The notes: a model not told the origin generated them from the letters alone. Positions 1 through 9,120 are shown, numbered from the stretch's first letter. The stretch: 64,000 bases of DNA from an uncultured Anaerolineales bacterium (GCA_964385635.1 CAYLPU010000013.1:2558-66557), one strand, 5' to 3'. Numbers and translations are program-made.

Positions 1-39
1 CTCTACGTCCCAGGGTACTTCAATCGTTGAGCGAGCCAT
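1..39 (-). CDS. 5' end of an unidentified CDS leaving the window (MARSTIEVPWDVE...)
   Basis: ATG at 39-37 on the minus strand, preceded by AAGGAGGTG with 5-nt spacing. Co-oriented with and about 90 nt downstream of the aminotransferase stop. Only 13 codons are visible. Confidence 0.35.
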   Translation of the reverse strand, partial: MARSTIEVPWDVE

Positions 40-126
40 TTGGACACCTCCTTAACCTTAGGCTGTTCCGCTGTTACAAATAGAGTATAGCACAAATCCT
101 CAGCAGAGACAAAAACGACGCCTCTT

Positions 127-1449
127 CTAGGCCGATTCGGCCAGCACTGCCTGGCGGAAGATCGCCAGCCCTTCATCCATTTGCTCGCGGGTGATGGTCA
201 GCGGGGGGATGAGGCGGATCGTCTGGGTCCAGTGGCCGCAGGGGTAGAGCAACAGCCCGCCTTCGAGCGCACGTTCGAGGACGCGGCGGACGACCTTGGG
301 GTTGGGCTCTTTGTCGGTGCCGGGCTTGATGAACTCGACGGCGATCATCATTCCCACGCCTCGCGTGTCCCCGACGATGGGCGATTCCGCCTGCAACTCG
401 CGCAGTGCCTCCAGCATAAGGCCGCCCTGCACGCGGGCGGCCTCCAGCAGGTTCTCCTCGCGGATCACGTCCAACGTCGCCAGGGCCGCAGCGCAGGAGA
501 TGGGGCTGCCACCGCAGGTGGTGCCGTGCGACGCTGCTCCCCACCGGCCCATGATCTCCCGGCGTGCCGCCGTCGCGCCCAGCGGGAAGCCGTTGGCGAT
601 GCCCTTGGCCAAGCAGAGCACGTCCGGCTCCACGCCGAACGCCTGGGCCGCGAACCACTCGCCGGTGCGACCGAAGCCGGTCTGCACCTCGTCGAAGATG
701 AGCAGGATATCGTACCGGTTGCATATCTCGCGCAGCGCGACCAGCCAACTGCGCGGCGGCACCACGTAGCCTCCCTCCCCCTGGATCGGCTCGACCAGCA
801 AGGCGGCCACGTCCTCGGGCGCGATGACGTGCTCGAACAGTCGCTCGATGTCCTCCAGCGCTTCCCGCGCGCACGTCTCCTCGTCGGGGGCAGATGAGCG
901 ATAGGGGTAGGGAAAACGGGCGAAGTACACGTCGGGCAGGAACGGCCCGTGCCCGGTACGATACTGCGCCTTGGAGGTGGTGACTGTCGTAGTCCCCAGC
1001 GTGCGCCCGTGGAACCCGCCTAGGAAGGCGATGATGCCGCGCCGTCCCGTCACGTAGCGGGCCAGTTTGAGCGCCCCTTCGACTGCCTCGGACCCGCTGT
1101 TGCCGAAGAAGAACATGTCAGCGTGGCCGGGCGTGATCCGCCCCAATTCCCATGCCAGCCGCAGCACTGGCTCGTGGGCGATCACCCCGACGGGTGCGTG
1201 GACCATTCGTTCCATCTCCTCGCGAGCAGCCGCCACGACGCGCGGGTGGTTGTGTCCCACGTTGCAAGCGCCGAAGCCAGCCAGGAAGTCGAGGTAGCGC
1301 CGCCCGTCGTGCCCGTACACGTAGACCCCCTCGGCCCGGTCCGCTGGCAGGTTGGGCCAATCCTGCGCCAGGCAAGGGGCCAGCAGGTCGTCCAGACGTG
1401 TGACCAGTTTTTCAAAAGATGGATGTTCTTTCACGGTTTGGTCCTCCAA
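127..1449 (-). CDS. class-III PLP-dependent aminotransferase (acetylornithine/GABA aminotransferase family)
   Basis: 440-aa ORF with GFGACNVGHNHP, FFGNSGSEAVEGALKLAR, LIFDEVQTGFGRTG and the PLP-lysine context DVLCLAKGIANG. Confidence 0.9.
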   Translation of the reverse strand: MEDQTVKEHPSFEKLVTRLDDLLAPCLAQDWPNLPADRAEGVYVYGHDGRRYLDFLAGFGACNVGHNHPRVVAAAREEMERMVHAPVGVIAHEPVLRLAWELGRITPGHADMFFFGNSGSEAVEGALKLARYVTGRRGIIAFLGGFHGRTLGTTTVTTSKAQYRTGHGPFLPDVYFARFPYPYRSSAPDEETCAREALEDIERLFEHVIAPEDVAALLVEPIQGEGGYVVPPRSWLVALREICNRYDILLIFDEVQTGFGRTGEWFAAQAFGVEPDVLCLAKGIANGFPLGATAARREIMGRWGAASHGTTCGGSPISCAAALATLDVIREENLLEAARVQGGLMLEALRELQAESPIVGDTRGVGMMIAVEFIKPGTDKEPNPKVVRRVLERALEGGLLLYPCGHWTQTIRLIPPLTITREQMDEGLAIFRQAVLAESA

Positions 1450-1671
1450 TCAGTCTCCAGTCGTAACTGCTCAGGCTACCTTCCTGAAAGCTAAAAGTTA
1501 ACTGTCAGATAGACCCAAATCTGTCACATGACCAGAATCTTGACAAAACTCGGCCCGTTGGAGCTTTCGGGAAGGTAAATCTGAGTACCCCTGAGTAGTA
1601 ACCTCCAGTCGAAGTAAAGATGGCTTTCACTACGATAGTGTACCCAAAATGGGAAGTATGTCAACTGTGAC

Positions 1672-1700
1672 TTGACGGAGGAGTGTATAAGGTTTACAAT
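1672..1700 (+). promoter_or_regulatory. sigma70-like promoter upstream of the mscS-like gene
   Basis: TTGACG (1672-1677), 17-nt spacer, TACAAT (1695-1700). About 100 nt upstream of the ATG at 1805. Confidence 0.55.
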
Positions 1701-1804
1701 GGTTGCAGACTCTTTGGATTCTTCTGGGAGGGCCTTGCTATGGAGCGAAACATCGGCGCGACTGATCTGCGACAAAGCCTGACCGACGTCCTGCAGGCGG
1801 TGCT

Positions 1805-2851
1805 ATGGACATTCTAGAGCGAACTCTCTGGGGAAACACACTGGCGACCTGGCTTCTGGCCCTGGCGGTTGCAGTATTTGTCTTTCTGGTCTTGATCGTC
1901 TTGAAGCGCATTTTGTCCCGTGGGATGCTCGCCTGGGTCAAAAAGACCGAGACGGACATGGACGATCTCGTCGTTAACTTGTTCGGCCGCACCTGGTACC
2001 TGTTCCTGGTTGCGGTTTCGATAGCCGCCGGCTCCCTTGTCCTCACGCTACCCGCGGTCGAATCTGGCATCCACACCGTTCTGGTGACTCTGTTCTGGGT
2101 GCAGGTTGCGCTGTGGGGCAGCGGTGTGATTGATTACCTGGTTTCTCGGCCGGCGAAGGAGCAGGTCGAGGAGGATTGCGCTGCCGCCACGACGGTGAAC
2201 ATGTTGGGCTACGTCGGGAAGGGGATTCTCTGGACGGTGGCCGTGCTCCTGGCACTGGACAACATCCCCGGCGTCGAGGTGACCGCGCTGATCGCCAGCC
2301 TGGGGATCGGCGGCATTGCCGTCGCACTCGCTGTGCAGAACATCCTGGGCGATTTGTTCGCATCCCTTTCCATTGTCTTGGACAAGCCCTTTGTCATCGG
2401 GGATTCCATCACCGTGGGTGAGTACGCGGGCACGGTGGAGCACATCGGCCTCAAGAGCACGCGCGTCCGTAGTCTCACCGGAGAACAACTCGTCTTCTCC
2501 AATTCCGACCTGCTGAGCAGCCGCATCCGCAACTATGGGCGCATGGACGAGCGCCGTGCGCTGTTCACGCTTGGCGTGACCTGCCAGACACCCTACGAGA
2601 AACTGGTCGAGATCCCCGGGATTGTGCAGGAGATCATCGAGGCCCAGCCTCAGACGCGCTTCGGCCGGGCGCACTTCAAGGCGTATGGGGATTTTTCTCT
2701 GAACTTTGAGATCGTCTACTATATGGTGACGTCTGACTACAGTGTCTTCATAGATGCCCAGCAGGCGATCAACCTGGAGATTTTCAGGCGCTTTGCAGAG
2801 GAGGGGATCGAACTTGCCTATCCCACGCAGACCGTCTTCGTGACGAAATAG
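1805..2851 (+). CDS. small-conductance mechanosensitive channel (MscS family)
   Basis: 348 aa. N-terminal TM helices followed by the MscS beta-domain stretch GDLFASLSIVLDKPFVIGDSITVG..GTVEHIGLKSTRVRSL. Confidence 0.9.
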   Translation: MDILERTLWGNTLATWLLALAVAVFVFLVLIVLKRILSRGMLAWVKKTETDMDDLVVNLFGRTWYLFLVAVSIAAGSLVLTLPAVESGIHTVLVTLFWVQVALWGSGVIDYLVSRPAKEQVEEDCAAATTVNMLGYVGKGILWTVAVLLALDNIPGVEVTALIASLGIGGIAVALAVQNILGDLFASLSIVLDKPFVIGDSITVGEYAGTVEHIGLKSTRVRSLTGEQLVFSNSDLLSSRIRNYGRMDERRALFTLGVTCQTPYEKLVEIPGIVQEIIEAQPQTRFGRAHFKAYGDFSLNFEIVYYMVTSDYSVFIDAQQAINLEIFRRFAEEGIELAYPTQTVFVTK

Positions 2852-2871
2852 CGCCGTCGCGATAGAAGAAA

Positions 2872-2900
2872 GTAGGGGCGAGTCTCAGACTCGCCCCTAC
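2872..2900. repeat. 29-nt perfect palindrome GTAGGGGCGAGTCTCAGACTCGCCCCTAC (copy 1), likely bidirectional terminator or REP-like element
   Basis: 14-bp GC-rich arms around a single central base. Sits between the convergent mscS-like and hydrolase genes. An identical copy lies at 29128-29156. Confidence 0.8.
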
Positions 2901-3679
2901 TAATCAATGACCTCTTGTGGATCATGGAACTTGTAGGCTTCGCCGAAGAAGCCCCGCAGCGGTGCTGATGCAGGACATCTCTCCCGGCCGTCGAGCCACT
3001 GCTCGCCAAATTCGATGTCGATAGTGGATTCTCTGTCCGGGCAGTTCGGATCGTACAGATAGATCGTGCCGCGTGTCTCATCCGTCTCGTCATAACCGAT
3101 CGCCAGAACCTGGTGGTTGTCGTAGACGTTCTTCGTGTCGCGCACCAGCCCAATCGGAACCGGTTCACCGGCGTCCACGCACGCTTTCAGCGTTTTCCAT
3201 TCCTCTTTCGACCAGGCCAGAAGCCGGGCAGTTCCTCCCCTGAAGGGCCAGGACTGGCGGAGATTGTTCAAGGCGATCAGCCAGGCCAGGAACCTGGCCC
3301 CATCGCTGACCAGGCTGTCCAACTGGCGCTTCCAGATGTAGCTACGCAGGCGGGTCCCGGGAGCGGGTCGATCGTTGGGATGCTGCCCCCTGGGAACAGG
3401 GAGGCCGGCCTTGTAGAAGTCGAGCGCGGCAAAACACATCCCCCCACACAGGCCATATCCTGGGGCGAGGTGGCTTTCCATCTCTTCGCGCAGGGCGCGG
3501 ATGCCGAGGGGGACGAGAAGCGCACCGGCTGGCCCGAACGTGGCTGCCCCAAGGATGGCACCCCAGGTGAGATAGGTGGCGACGCGGTCGTGCAATCGCT
3601 GCCGCTCCTCTTCGTCGAACTCCCAACTGTTCACGAATGCAAAACCGTGTGTCTGAGGGTTAAACGCTGTCCGAGTCAT
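2900..3679 (-). CDS. papain-fold cysteine hydrolase-like protein (C39/BtrH-like), function unknown
   Basis: Start refined to the ATG at 3679, which is preceded by GGGAGGAAGCC. Candidate catalytic Cys in GLCGGMCFAALDFY and His in NHQVLAIGYDE, then YLYDPN. The longer 316-aa ORF-track version has no SD. Confidence 0.55.
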   Translation of the reverse strand: MTRTAFNPQTHGFAFVNSWEFDEEERQRLHDRVATYLTWGAILGAATFGPAGALLVPLGIRALREEMESHLAPGYGLCGGMCFAALDFYKAGLPVPRGQHPNDRPAPGTRLRSYIWKRQLDSLVSDGARFLAWLIALNNLRQSWPFRGGTARLLAWSKEEWKTLKACVDAGEPVPIGLVRDTKNVYDNHQVLAIGYDETDETRGTIYLYDPNCPDRESTIDIEFGEQWLDGRERCPASAPLRGFFGEAYKFHDPQEVID

Positions 3680-3731
3680 GGCTTCCTCCCTTATCCCATG
3701 TGGGCATCCATCGCACCTGTCTGCTCCCCGC

Positions 3732-4256
3732 TCAAGATCCCCATAGTGTGAACTCCCAGGCGCACCAGTACTCCTCCGGGTGGGGGTCGGGCGGGCAGGC
3801 GATGCAGCGGGTGCGGAAACGGGGGTCGATCGTGCGGGCGAAATTGCCATACTCCACCAGACCTACCGGCTTGCAGGGGAAGTCCGGCAGCCCCTTGCGC
3901 TTGCGCGCGGTCTGCACGCGGCACTCGTTCATACGGAAGATAATGGTGCGCTCGTCCACGTCAAGTGTCTCCTGCACGTTTAGGTAAGCGTAGAGACGGT
4001 ACTCCAGCGCCTGCTTCAGCGCGGGGATGCCGCTGCCGGTCTCAATCCCCAGACGGCGCATGATGCGTCTGGCCTCAATGACGGTGAACCGTTCCCATGC
4101 CCGCCGGTCTACTTCGATGGCGGTTTCTATGCCGAACTTCTCTTCGGCCGCCAGAAACCACAATCCGTCGTGAGCCAGCCAGTTTTTGGCCGCATCCTCC
4201 AAAAAGCCTATCAATTCCTCCTTTGAGTACTGCAGGAGTCGCTCTCGGTGGTCCAA
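3732..4256 (-). CDS. hypothetical cytosolic protein with Cys-rich C-terminus (resembles the DUF6125 / ATC-hydrolase-like family from memory)
   Basis: TTG start at 4256 lies 5 nt after AGGAGG. Contains AHDGLWFLAAEE, RMNECRVQTARKRKGL and FPCKPVG...CIACPPD. Confidence 0.55.
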   Translation of the reverse strand: MDHRERLLQYSKEELIGFLEDAAKNWLAHDGLWFLAAEEKFGIETAIEVDRRAWERFTVIEARRIMRRLGIETGSGIPALKQALEYRLYAYLNVQETLDVDERTIIFRMNECRVQTARKRKGLPDFPCKPVGLVEYGNFARTIDPRFRTRCIACPPDPHPEEYWCAWEFTLWGS

Positions 4257-4643
4257 ACCCTTCCTCCTCGTATCCTTGCTAGCACAAAAAAACAACCGCC
4301 AACCACTCGCCGTTGAATTCTACCCCATCCCGCCCGGCCACGCAAATGGAGCAGTCCGCCAGGTCTGGCCGCCATCGGCGGTATGTGAGAGGGTCAACTG
4401 TCCACCGCCTCAATGTGCCAGTCGCCAATGGAGGATTGAACAGTGGCTCGGCAATACGGGTGGCCGGCGCAGCACCCAGAATCAAGGCCAATGCTAACAA
4501 CAGGGTGAGCACACGAAAAGAGCGCCAGTCACGATTTGAGAGACCCGACAACTGGCGTTCGTGGTGCTGGCCCACTTGCAAGCCTGGGAGGTGGTGACGT
4601 TCCGCCGGCGAGTGTGTCGCGCACGTTTTCGGAACGGCTCTTA

Positions 4644-5264
4644 TCAGGAGAGGTTCTGCAGGTGGCAGGTGTCGTTCAGCAGACTGATGATGAAGGTGCC
4701 ATCCTCCTTGACGTCGAAGACGTTCACCGCGCAAGTCCCCTGCCGCAGCCGCCAGAAATGCTCGTTACCCAGCCCCAGCACGGCGCAGAGCAGCACGCGG
4801 TTGACGACGGTGTGGGAGACTAATGCAACCGCCTGTCCCGCGTGGCGGGCGACCACCTCGTCCAGACCACCCAGTACCCGCTTCCGCACGTCGTCGAGTC
4901 CCTCCCCGCCGGGGAAGTGCACCGTGTGGGGCACCTCCAGCCAGGCCTGGTAGAGCGCAGGGTAGCGCTGCTTCACCTCGTCGACCGAGATCCCCTGCAA
5001 CTCGCCGAAATCAATGTCCATCAGCCCCTCCAGCGGGTGGGTGCCCAGCCCTTGGGCGCGGGCGATGGGTTCGGCGGTCTGCCTAGCGCGGCGCATCGGG
5101 CTGGCGTAGGTCGCGACGACCGGCCAGCGGGCGGCCAGGTAGCGCCCGGTCGCCTGCGCCTGCTGCAGTCCAAACTCGTCCAACTCCACGTCGGCCCGGC
5201 CCCGGAAGCGTGCCTCCCGATTCCAGACCGTCTGACCGTGGCGAACCAGTACGATACGTGTCAT
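4644..5264 (-). CDS. histidine phosphatase family protein (phosphoglycerate mutase / alpha-ribazole phosphatase-like)
   Basis: N-terminal VLVRHGQTVWN (RHG catalytic motif) and a second His in LVSHTVVNRVL. The ATG overlaps the upstream stop in an ATGA junction (5261-5264). Confidence 0.85.
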   Translation of the reverse strand: MTRIVLVRHGQTVWNREARFRGRADVELDEFGLQQAQATGRYLAARWPVVATYASPMRRARQTAEPIARAQGLGTHPLEGLMDIDFGELQGISVDEVKQRYPALYQAWLEVPHTVHFPGGEGLDDVRKRVLGGLDEVVARHAGQAVALVSHTVVNRVLLCAVLGLGNEHFWRLRQGTCAVNVFDVKEDGTFIISLLNDTCHLQNLS

Positions 5265-6403
5265 TTACTACCTTTTCTCCTCCCAGGGCAACCGCGAGGG
5301 TTGTTCCTGCGTGCGCTGACGCGCCGCCAGAGATGCCGCCAGGCGGCGAAGTGCGCCAGGATAAAACCATCGAAGTCCCGCACGCTACGCACCAGCCGCA
5401 CTGGCCCGCGTCTGTCGGGGTCTACTACCAGCCGGCCGGTGCGCAGGTCGTCGCGGGTCGAGGTGACGTGCACCCGCTCGTATTCGAACAGTTCCGGGTG
5501 GCTGAGCGGGAGCACGGCGACCGAATCCCACATCGCGAACCCACCATCCTGGAACCAGAGCCGCATCAATGCGAACCAAAAGCGAGTCTTGCGGGTGATG
5601 AGGCGCGAGATGGGGTCGCGCAATGCCTGGAGCGCGGCGAACTGCGGGCTGCGGAAGATAGCGGTCAGACCGGCCTGGCCAGTGGCGATGGTGACAGGGC
5701 AGTCGGCGTGGATGGCCAGATAGGCCGCCTCCGGGTCGAGCGAGAAGTTGAGTTCCGCCACCCGGCGTTCGTTCCAGACCAAGGGCTGGGTCATGCCGCC
5801 CATCAGGTGGAGGCCACGTAGTTTCTTGAAGAAATCTGGATCGAGTGCAGCGGCGTGCTTGAGGTTGGTCATACTACCGGTAGCGATGAGGACGATTTCA
5901 CCGGGCTGTGTGCTGACGATTTCCTTCAGATGCCGGGCAGCGCGATTTGTCTCCGGCTCCTCGTCGGGGCCGGCCGCGCCGGGCAGCGTGGCGACGTCGT
6001 CGTACCCCAGGCGGTCCAGCAGGCGGCGGGTCGTGCGAGTGGTCATCCTCGTCGGGCCGTTGCCGTAGGTGGTTGTGACGCAGAGAAGGTTGACACGGGT
6101 CTCACCCAGAAGATAAAGCAACGCCAACCCGGCGCCCACGTCTCGGAAGGGGTGGCCCATCGCCAGGTCACAGTCGTAGATGACGGAGACACACTCGGAG
6201 CGAGGGACTTTTCGCAGGCGGGGCACCTGCGGTGGCTCAGCACGTCCGACGGCGTAAGCCGCGCTCAGGAAAACGACGACAAATGTCAGGACAGCCGCGA
6301 CAAACCCCGCGACTAGCCAGTATAACACGCCCAACATTGCCGTCAGCGCGATGCCGGCTGCGATGAGCGCTATAGCGATCCAGAAGAATGGGCTGCGAAG
6401 CAA
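5261..6403 (-). CDS. membrane-anchored inosine-uridine nucleoside hydrolase-like protein
   Basis: Two N-terminal TM helices, then IUNH-like VIYDCDLAMG..DVGAGLALLYLL and VTTTYGNGP. The canonical DxDxxxDD cluster is degenerate. TTG start as given in the ORF track. Confidence 0.7.
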   Translation of the reverse strand: MLRSPFFWIAIALIAAGIALTAMLGVLYWLVAGFVAAVLTFVVVFLSAAYAVGRAEPPQVPRLRKVPRSECVSVIYDCDLAMGHPFRDVGAGLALLYLLGETRVNLLCVTTTYGNGPTRMTTRTTRRLLDRLGYDDVATLPGAAGPDEEPETNRAARHLKEIVSTQPGEIVLIATGSMTNLKHAAALDPDFFKKLRGLHLMGGMTQPLVWNERRVAELNFSLDPEAAYLAIHADCPVTIATGQAGLTAIFRSPQFAALQALRDPISRLITRKTRFWFALMRLWFQDGGFAMWDSVAVLPLSHPELFEYERVHVTSTRDDLRTGRLVVDPDRRGPVRLVRSVRDFDGFILAHFAAWRHLWRRVSARRNNPRGCPGRRKGSK

Positions 6404-6414
6404 CGGTACACTCG

Positions 6415-7047
6415 CTACATCTCGAACAGGTCGTCCACAGCGATCTCAAAGCCAGTAAGAACTTGTGAGCGGGCCGCCTCTCCGCTCCGTGACTCTTCCA
6501 GCAGGGTGTATCTTCCTCCTTCCAGTACCCGTACCTCGATCGTATGGGCGCGGTAATCCACAATCCAGTATTCCGGCACGCCGGCCTGCTGATAAGCCAG
6601 CAGTTTCTCCCGCCGGTCGTAGAGCCAATTGGACGGTGAGAGGACTTCCACCACCAGGTCGGGTGCGCCTTCCACGTAATCCTCGCCGATGATGTCACGG
6701 CGGTCGGCGCGGACGAAGACGATGTCTGGCTGCACCGGCACCGGCTGGCCCGGCAGCCGCACGCCGACAGGAGAGACCAGGACGATACCCATACCGGCTT
6801 GTCTGGCGAAATCGTACATCCGGGTGGTCAGCTTCGTAACTGCGTTCTGATGACCTATGGTCGGTGGTGGTGTCATGTGCAATTCTCCGTTCAATACTTC
6901 GTAGCGGAAACCATCATCGGGCAGACGCAGCCAGTCCTCGTATGTCCACTCGCCCTGTTCAGGAGGCCATGCTTGCTTGACCAGTGGCGGTGCCGTAGCA
7001 GGGGCAACAATCTCAACTGTAGGCGTAACCGTGCTCTCAGATGCCAT
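6415..7047 (-). CDS. Uma2-family (DUF820) PD-(D/E)xK endonuclease
   Basis: YEVLNGELHMTPPP, PDIVFVRAD, DLVVEVLSPSN, KLLAYQQAGVPEYWIVD. GAGGAGG sits upstream of the ATG. Confidence 0.85.
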   Translation of the reverse strand: MASESTVTPTVEIVAPATAPPLVKQAWPPEQGEWTYEDWLRLPDDGFRYEVLNGELHMTPPPTIGHQNAVTKLTTRMYDFARQAGMGIVLVSPVGVRLPGQPVPVQPDIVFVRADRRDIIGEDYVEGAPDLVVEVLSPSNWLYDRREKLLAYQQAGVPEYWIVDYRAHTIEVRVLEGGRYTLLEESRSGEAARSQVLTGFEIAVDDLFEM

Positions 7048-7177
7048 CGTGTTCCTCCTCGCGCTGTGTGCGTGGCTATTGTACCACGTTCACGCAGGGG
7101 CGCAATCAATTTCAGCCCTGCTCACAATACCGCCGTCGCGCGATGGGCTGGGATGCTGCTTGTTTCTTGCACAATGC

Positions 7178-8689
7178 TCAGAACGTCCGCCCGTAGACCG
7201 CGGTCAGTTCCAGGAGCCGCGCTGCGCCCTCGTCGGTCAGCGCGCCGGGCAAGAGACGCCAGCACCAGTTGGGCGGGCCGGCAGTGCCGGGTGTGTTCAT
7301 CCGCGCTTCGTGCCCCAGGCTCAGCAGGTCTTGAACGGTCGTGATGGCCGTGTTGGCGACCGTTGCCCACGCCAGCCGGATCAGGTCCCAGGCGATGTCC
7401 GAACCGTCGCTGCCCAGATACTTGCGGGCATAGTCCCGCTCCGCTTCTGTGGAGGTGGCCTGGTACCAGCCGACGGTCGTGTCGTTGTCGTGGGTGCCGG
7501 TGTACACCACACAGTCGGGGGTGAAGTTGTGGGGTAGGAAGGTACCGGTCGGGCCAGCACCGAAAGCGAACTGGAGCACTTTCATGCCAGGGTAGCCGAA
7601 CTCCGTCTGTATGGCGTCCACACCGGCCCGCGATTCGGCGTCGAAATCGCCCAGGTCTTCGGCGATGATCACCACTTCGTCCAGCGCGGCGGTGACGGCG
7701 TGGAACAGGTCGGCGCCGGGGCCGTACAACCAGCGTCCGTTGACAGCCGTTTTTTCCCCCGCCGGGACTTCCCAATAGTTGTAAAAACCCCGAAAGTGGT
7801 CAATACGTACTACGTCGGCCTGGGTGAAGGCCATGCGAAAACGGGCGATCCACCAACCATACCCATCCTGGGCCATTACCTCCCAGCGGTAGAGGGGGTG
7901 GCCCCAGAGTTGCCCTGTCTCGCTGAAATAGTCGGGAGGCACGCCGGAGACGACTGTCGGCCGGAGTCTCTCGTCGAGGTGGAGCAGGTGAGGGTTGGCC
8001 CAGACGTCGGCACTGTCCATTGAGACAAAGATAGGGATGTCGCCGACGAAACGGACACCCCGCTCGTTGGCGTACCGTTTGACAGCCAACCATTGCTCAA
8101 AGAACAACCATTGTCGGTATTTCTGATTTTCGATTTCTTCGGCCAGCGACTCCCGCCAGCGGGCCAGCGGTTCCGGCTGCCGGGTGGCGACTTCCGGCTC
8201 CCACTCGTGCCAGGGGCGGAGATTGTAAGCCTCTTTTAAGGCCATGAACAGGGCGAAGTCGTCCAGCCAAAAAGCCTGCTCGTCACAAAAGCGGGCCAAG
8301 GCCGCTTGCCCCCTGGCAGGGGCCTGCGCCCGGAAGTTGGCAAAGGCTTGGTCCAGCAAGCCTGTCTTGTAGCGGATAACTGGCCCGAAATCCACCCGGT
8401 CGTCGGGGAAGGCGGGCGCGTCCTCCAGGTCCGCTTCCGAGAGGTGACCGATCTCCACCATCTTTTCAGGGCTGATGAGCATCGGGTTGCCGGCAAAGGC
8501 GGAGAGGGTCTGGTAGGGGGAATCGCCATAGCCGGTGGGACTCAGGGGCAACACCTGCCAGTAGGATTGGCCGGCTGCCGCCAGAAAGTCCACAAACCGG
8601 TAGGCTGCATCGCCCAGGTCGCCGATGCCGAACCGGCCGGGGAGCGACGTGGGGTGCAGCAGGATGCCACTGCGGCGCGGGAATCTCAT
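7178..8689 (-). CDS. malQ: 4-alpha-glucanotransferase (GH77 amylomaltase)
   Basis: RRSGILLHPTSLPGRFGIGDLG, VRIDHFRGF, YTGTHDNDT. Start moved to the ATG at 8689 because GGAGG lies 9 nt upstream; the ORF-track ATG at 8704 has no SD. Confidence 0.9.
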   Translation of the reverse strand: MRFPRRSGILLHPTSLPGRFGIGDLGDAAYRFVDFLAAAGQSYWQVLPLSPTGYGDSPYQTLSAFAGNPMLISPEKMVEIGHLSEADLEDAPAFPDDRVDFGPVIRYKTGLLDQAFANFRAQAPARGQAALARFCDEQAFWLDDFALFMALKEAYNLRPWHEWEPEVATRQPEPLARWRESLAEEIENQKYRQWLFFEQWLAVKRYANERGVRFVGDIPIFVSMDSADVWANPHLLHLDERLRPTVVSGVPPDYFSETGQLWGHPLYRWEVMAQDGYGWWIARFRMAFTQADVVRIDHFRGFYNYWEVPAGEKTAVNGRWLYGPGADLFHAVTAALDEVVIIAEDLGDFDAESRAGVDAIQTEFGYPGMKVLQFAFGAGPTGTFLPHNFTPDCVVYTGTHDNDTTVGWYQATSTEAERDYARKYLGSDGSDIAWDLIRLAWATVANTAITTVQDLLSLGHEARMNTPGTAGPPNWCWRLLPGALTDEGAARLLELTAVYGRTF

Positions 8690-8737
8690 CTGTGAAACCT
8701 CCATGTTATTGAGCGTTGCGTCGCCGGAGTGCGCCCC

Positions 8738-8746
8738 ATTATAGCA
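8738..8746 (-). promoter_or_regulatory. extended -10 promoter element for malQ
   Basis: The minus strand reads TGCTATAAT (TGnTATAAT consensus) about 45 nt upstream of the ATG at 8689. No good -35. Confidence 0.4.
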
Positions 8747-8906
8747 GAGTTTTCCGTCTTATGCACGCTTCAGCAAAACTCACCACTCTCATCAAAGAGA
8801 GACGCCACCTGCACCCACATGGGTGCAACAACGGCCCCATAGTAACATGGGGTGATGGGAAGGCCAATATGGGACGATTGGAAAGTCAATATGGGTCAAT
8901 GCCCCA

Positions 8907-8935
8907 TTGACACGGCTTTCGAGAACGAGTATACT
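8907..8935 (+). promoter_or_regulatory. near-consensus orphan sigma70-like promoter
   Basis: TTGACA (8907-8912), 17-nt spacer, TATACT (8930-8935). No annotated CDS lies downstream for about 400 nt. Confidence 0.6.
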
Positions 8936-9120
8936 GTTCTTGAGCGTGGAATAGTGGTTCTCAGGTAAGGAGGTGCGCTGCCAACAAGTACTGGTAAAAG
9001 GTAAAGAAGCGTGCGTAGTTAGGTGAGGCCAGAATGGGCGGGCTGTGCCTGGGCTTTGCTGCTGGCTGGTGGGGAACCTTCCAAAGGTTCTCGACGGTCA
9101 GGACATCGCCGACTATTGGT

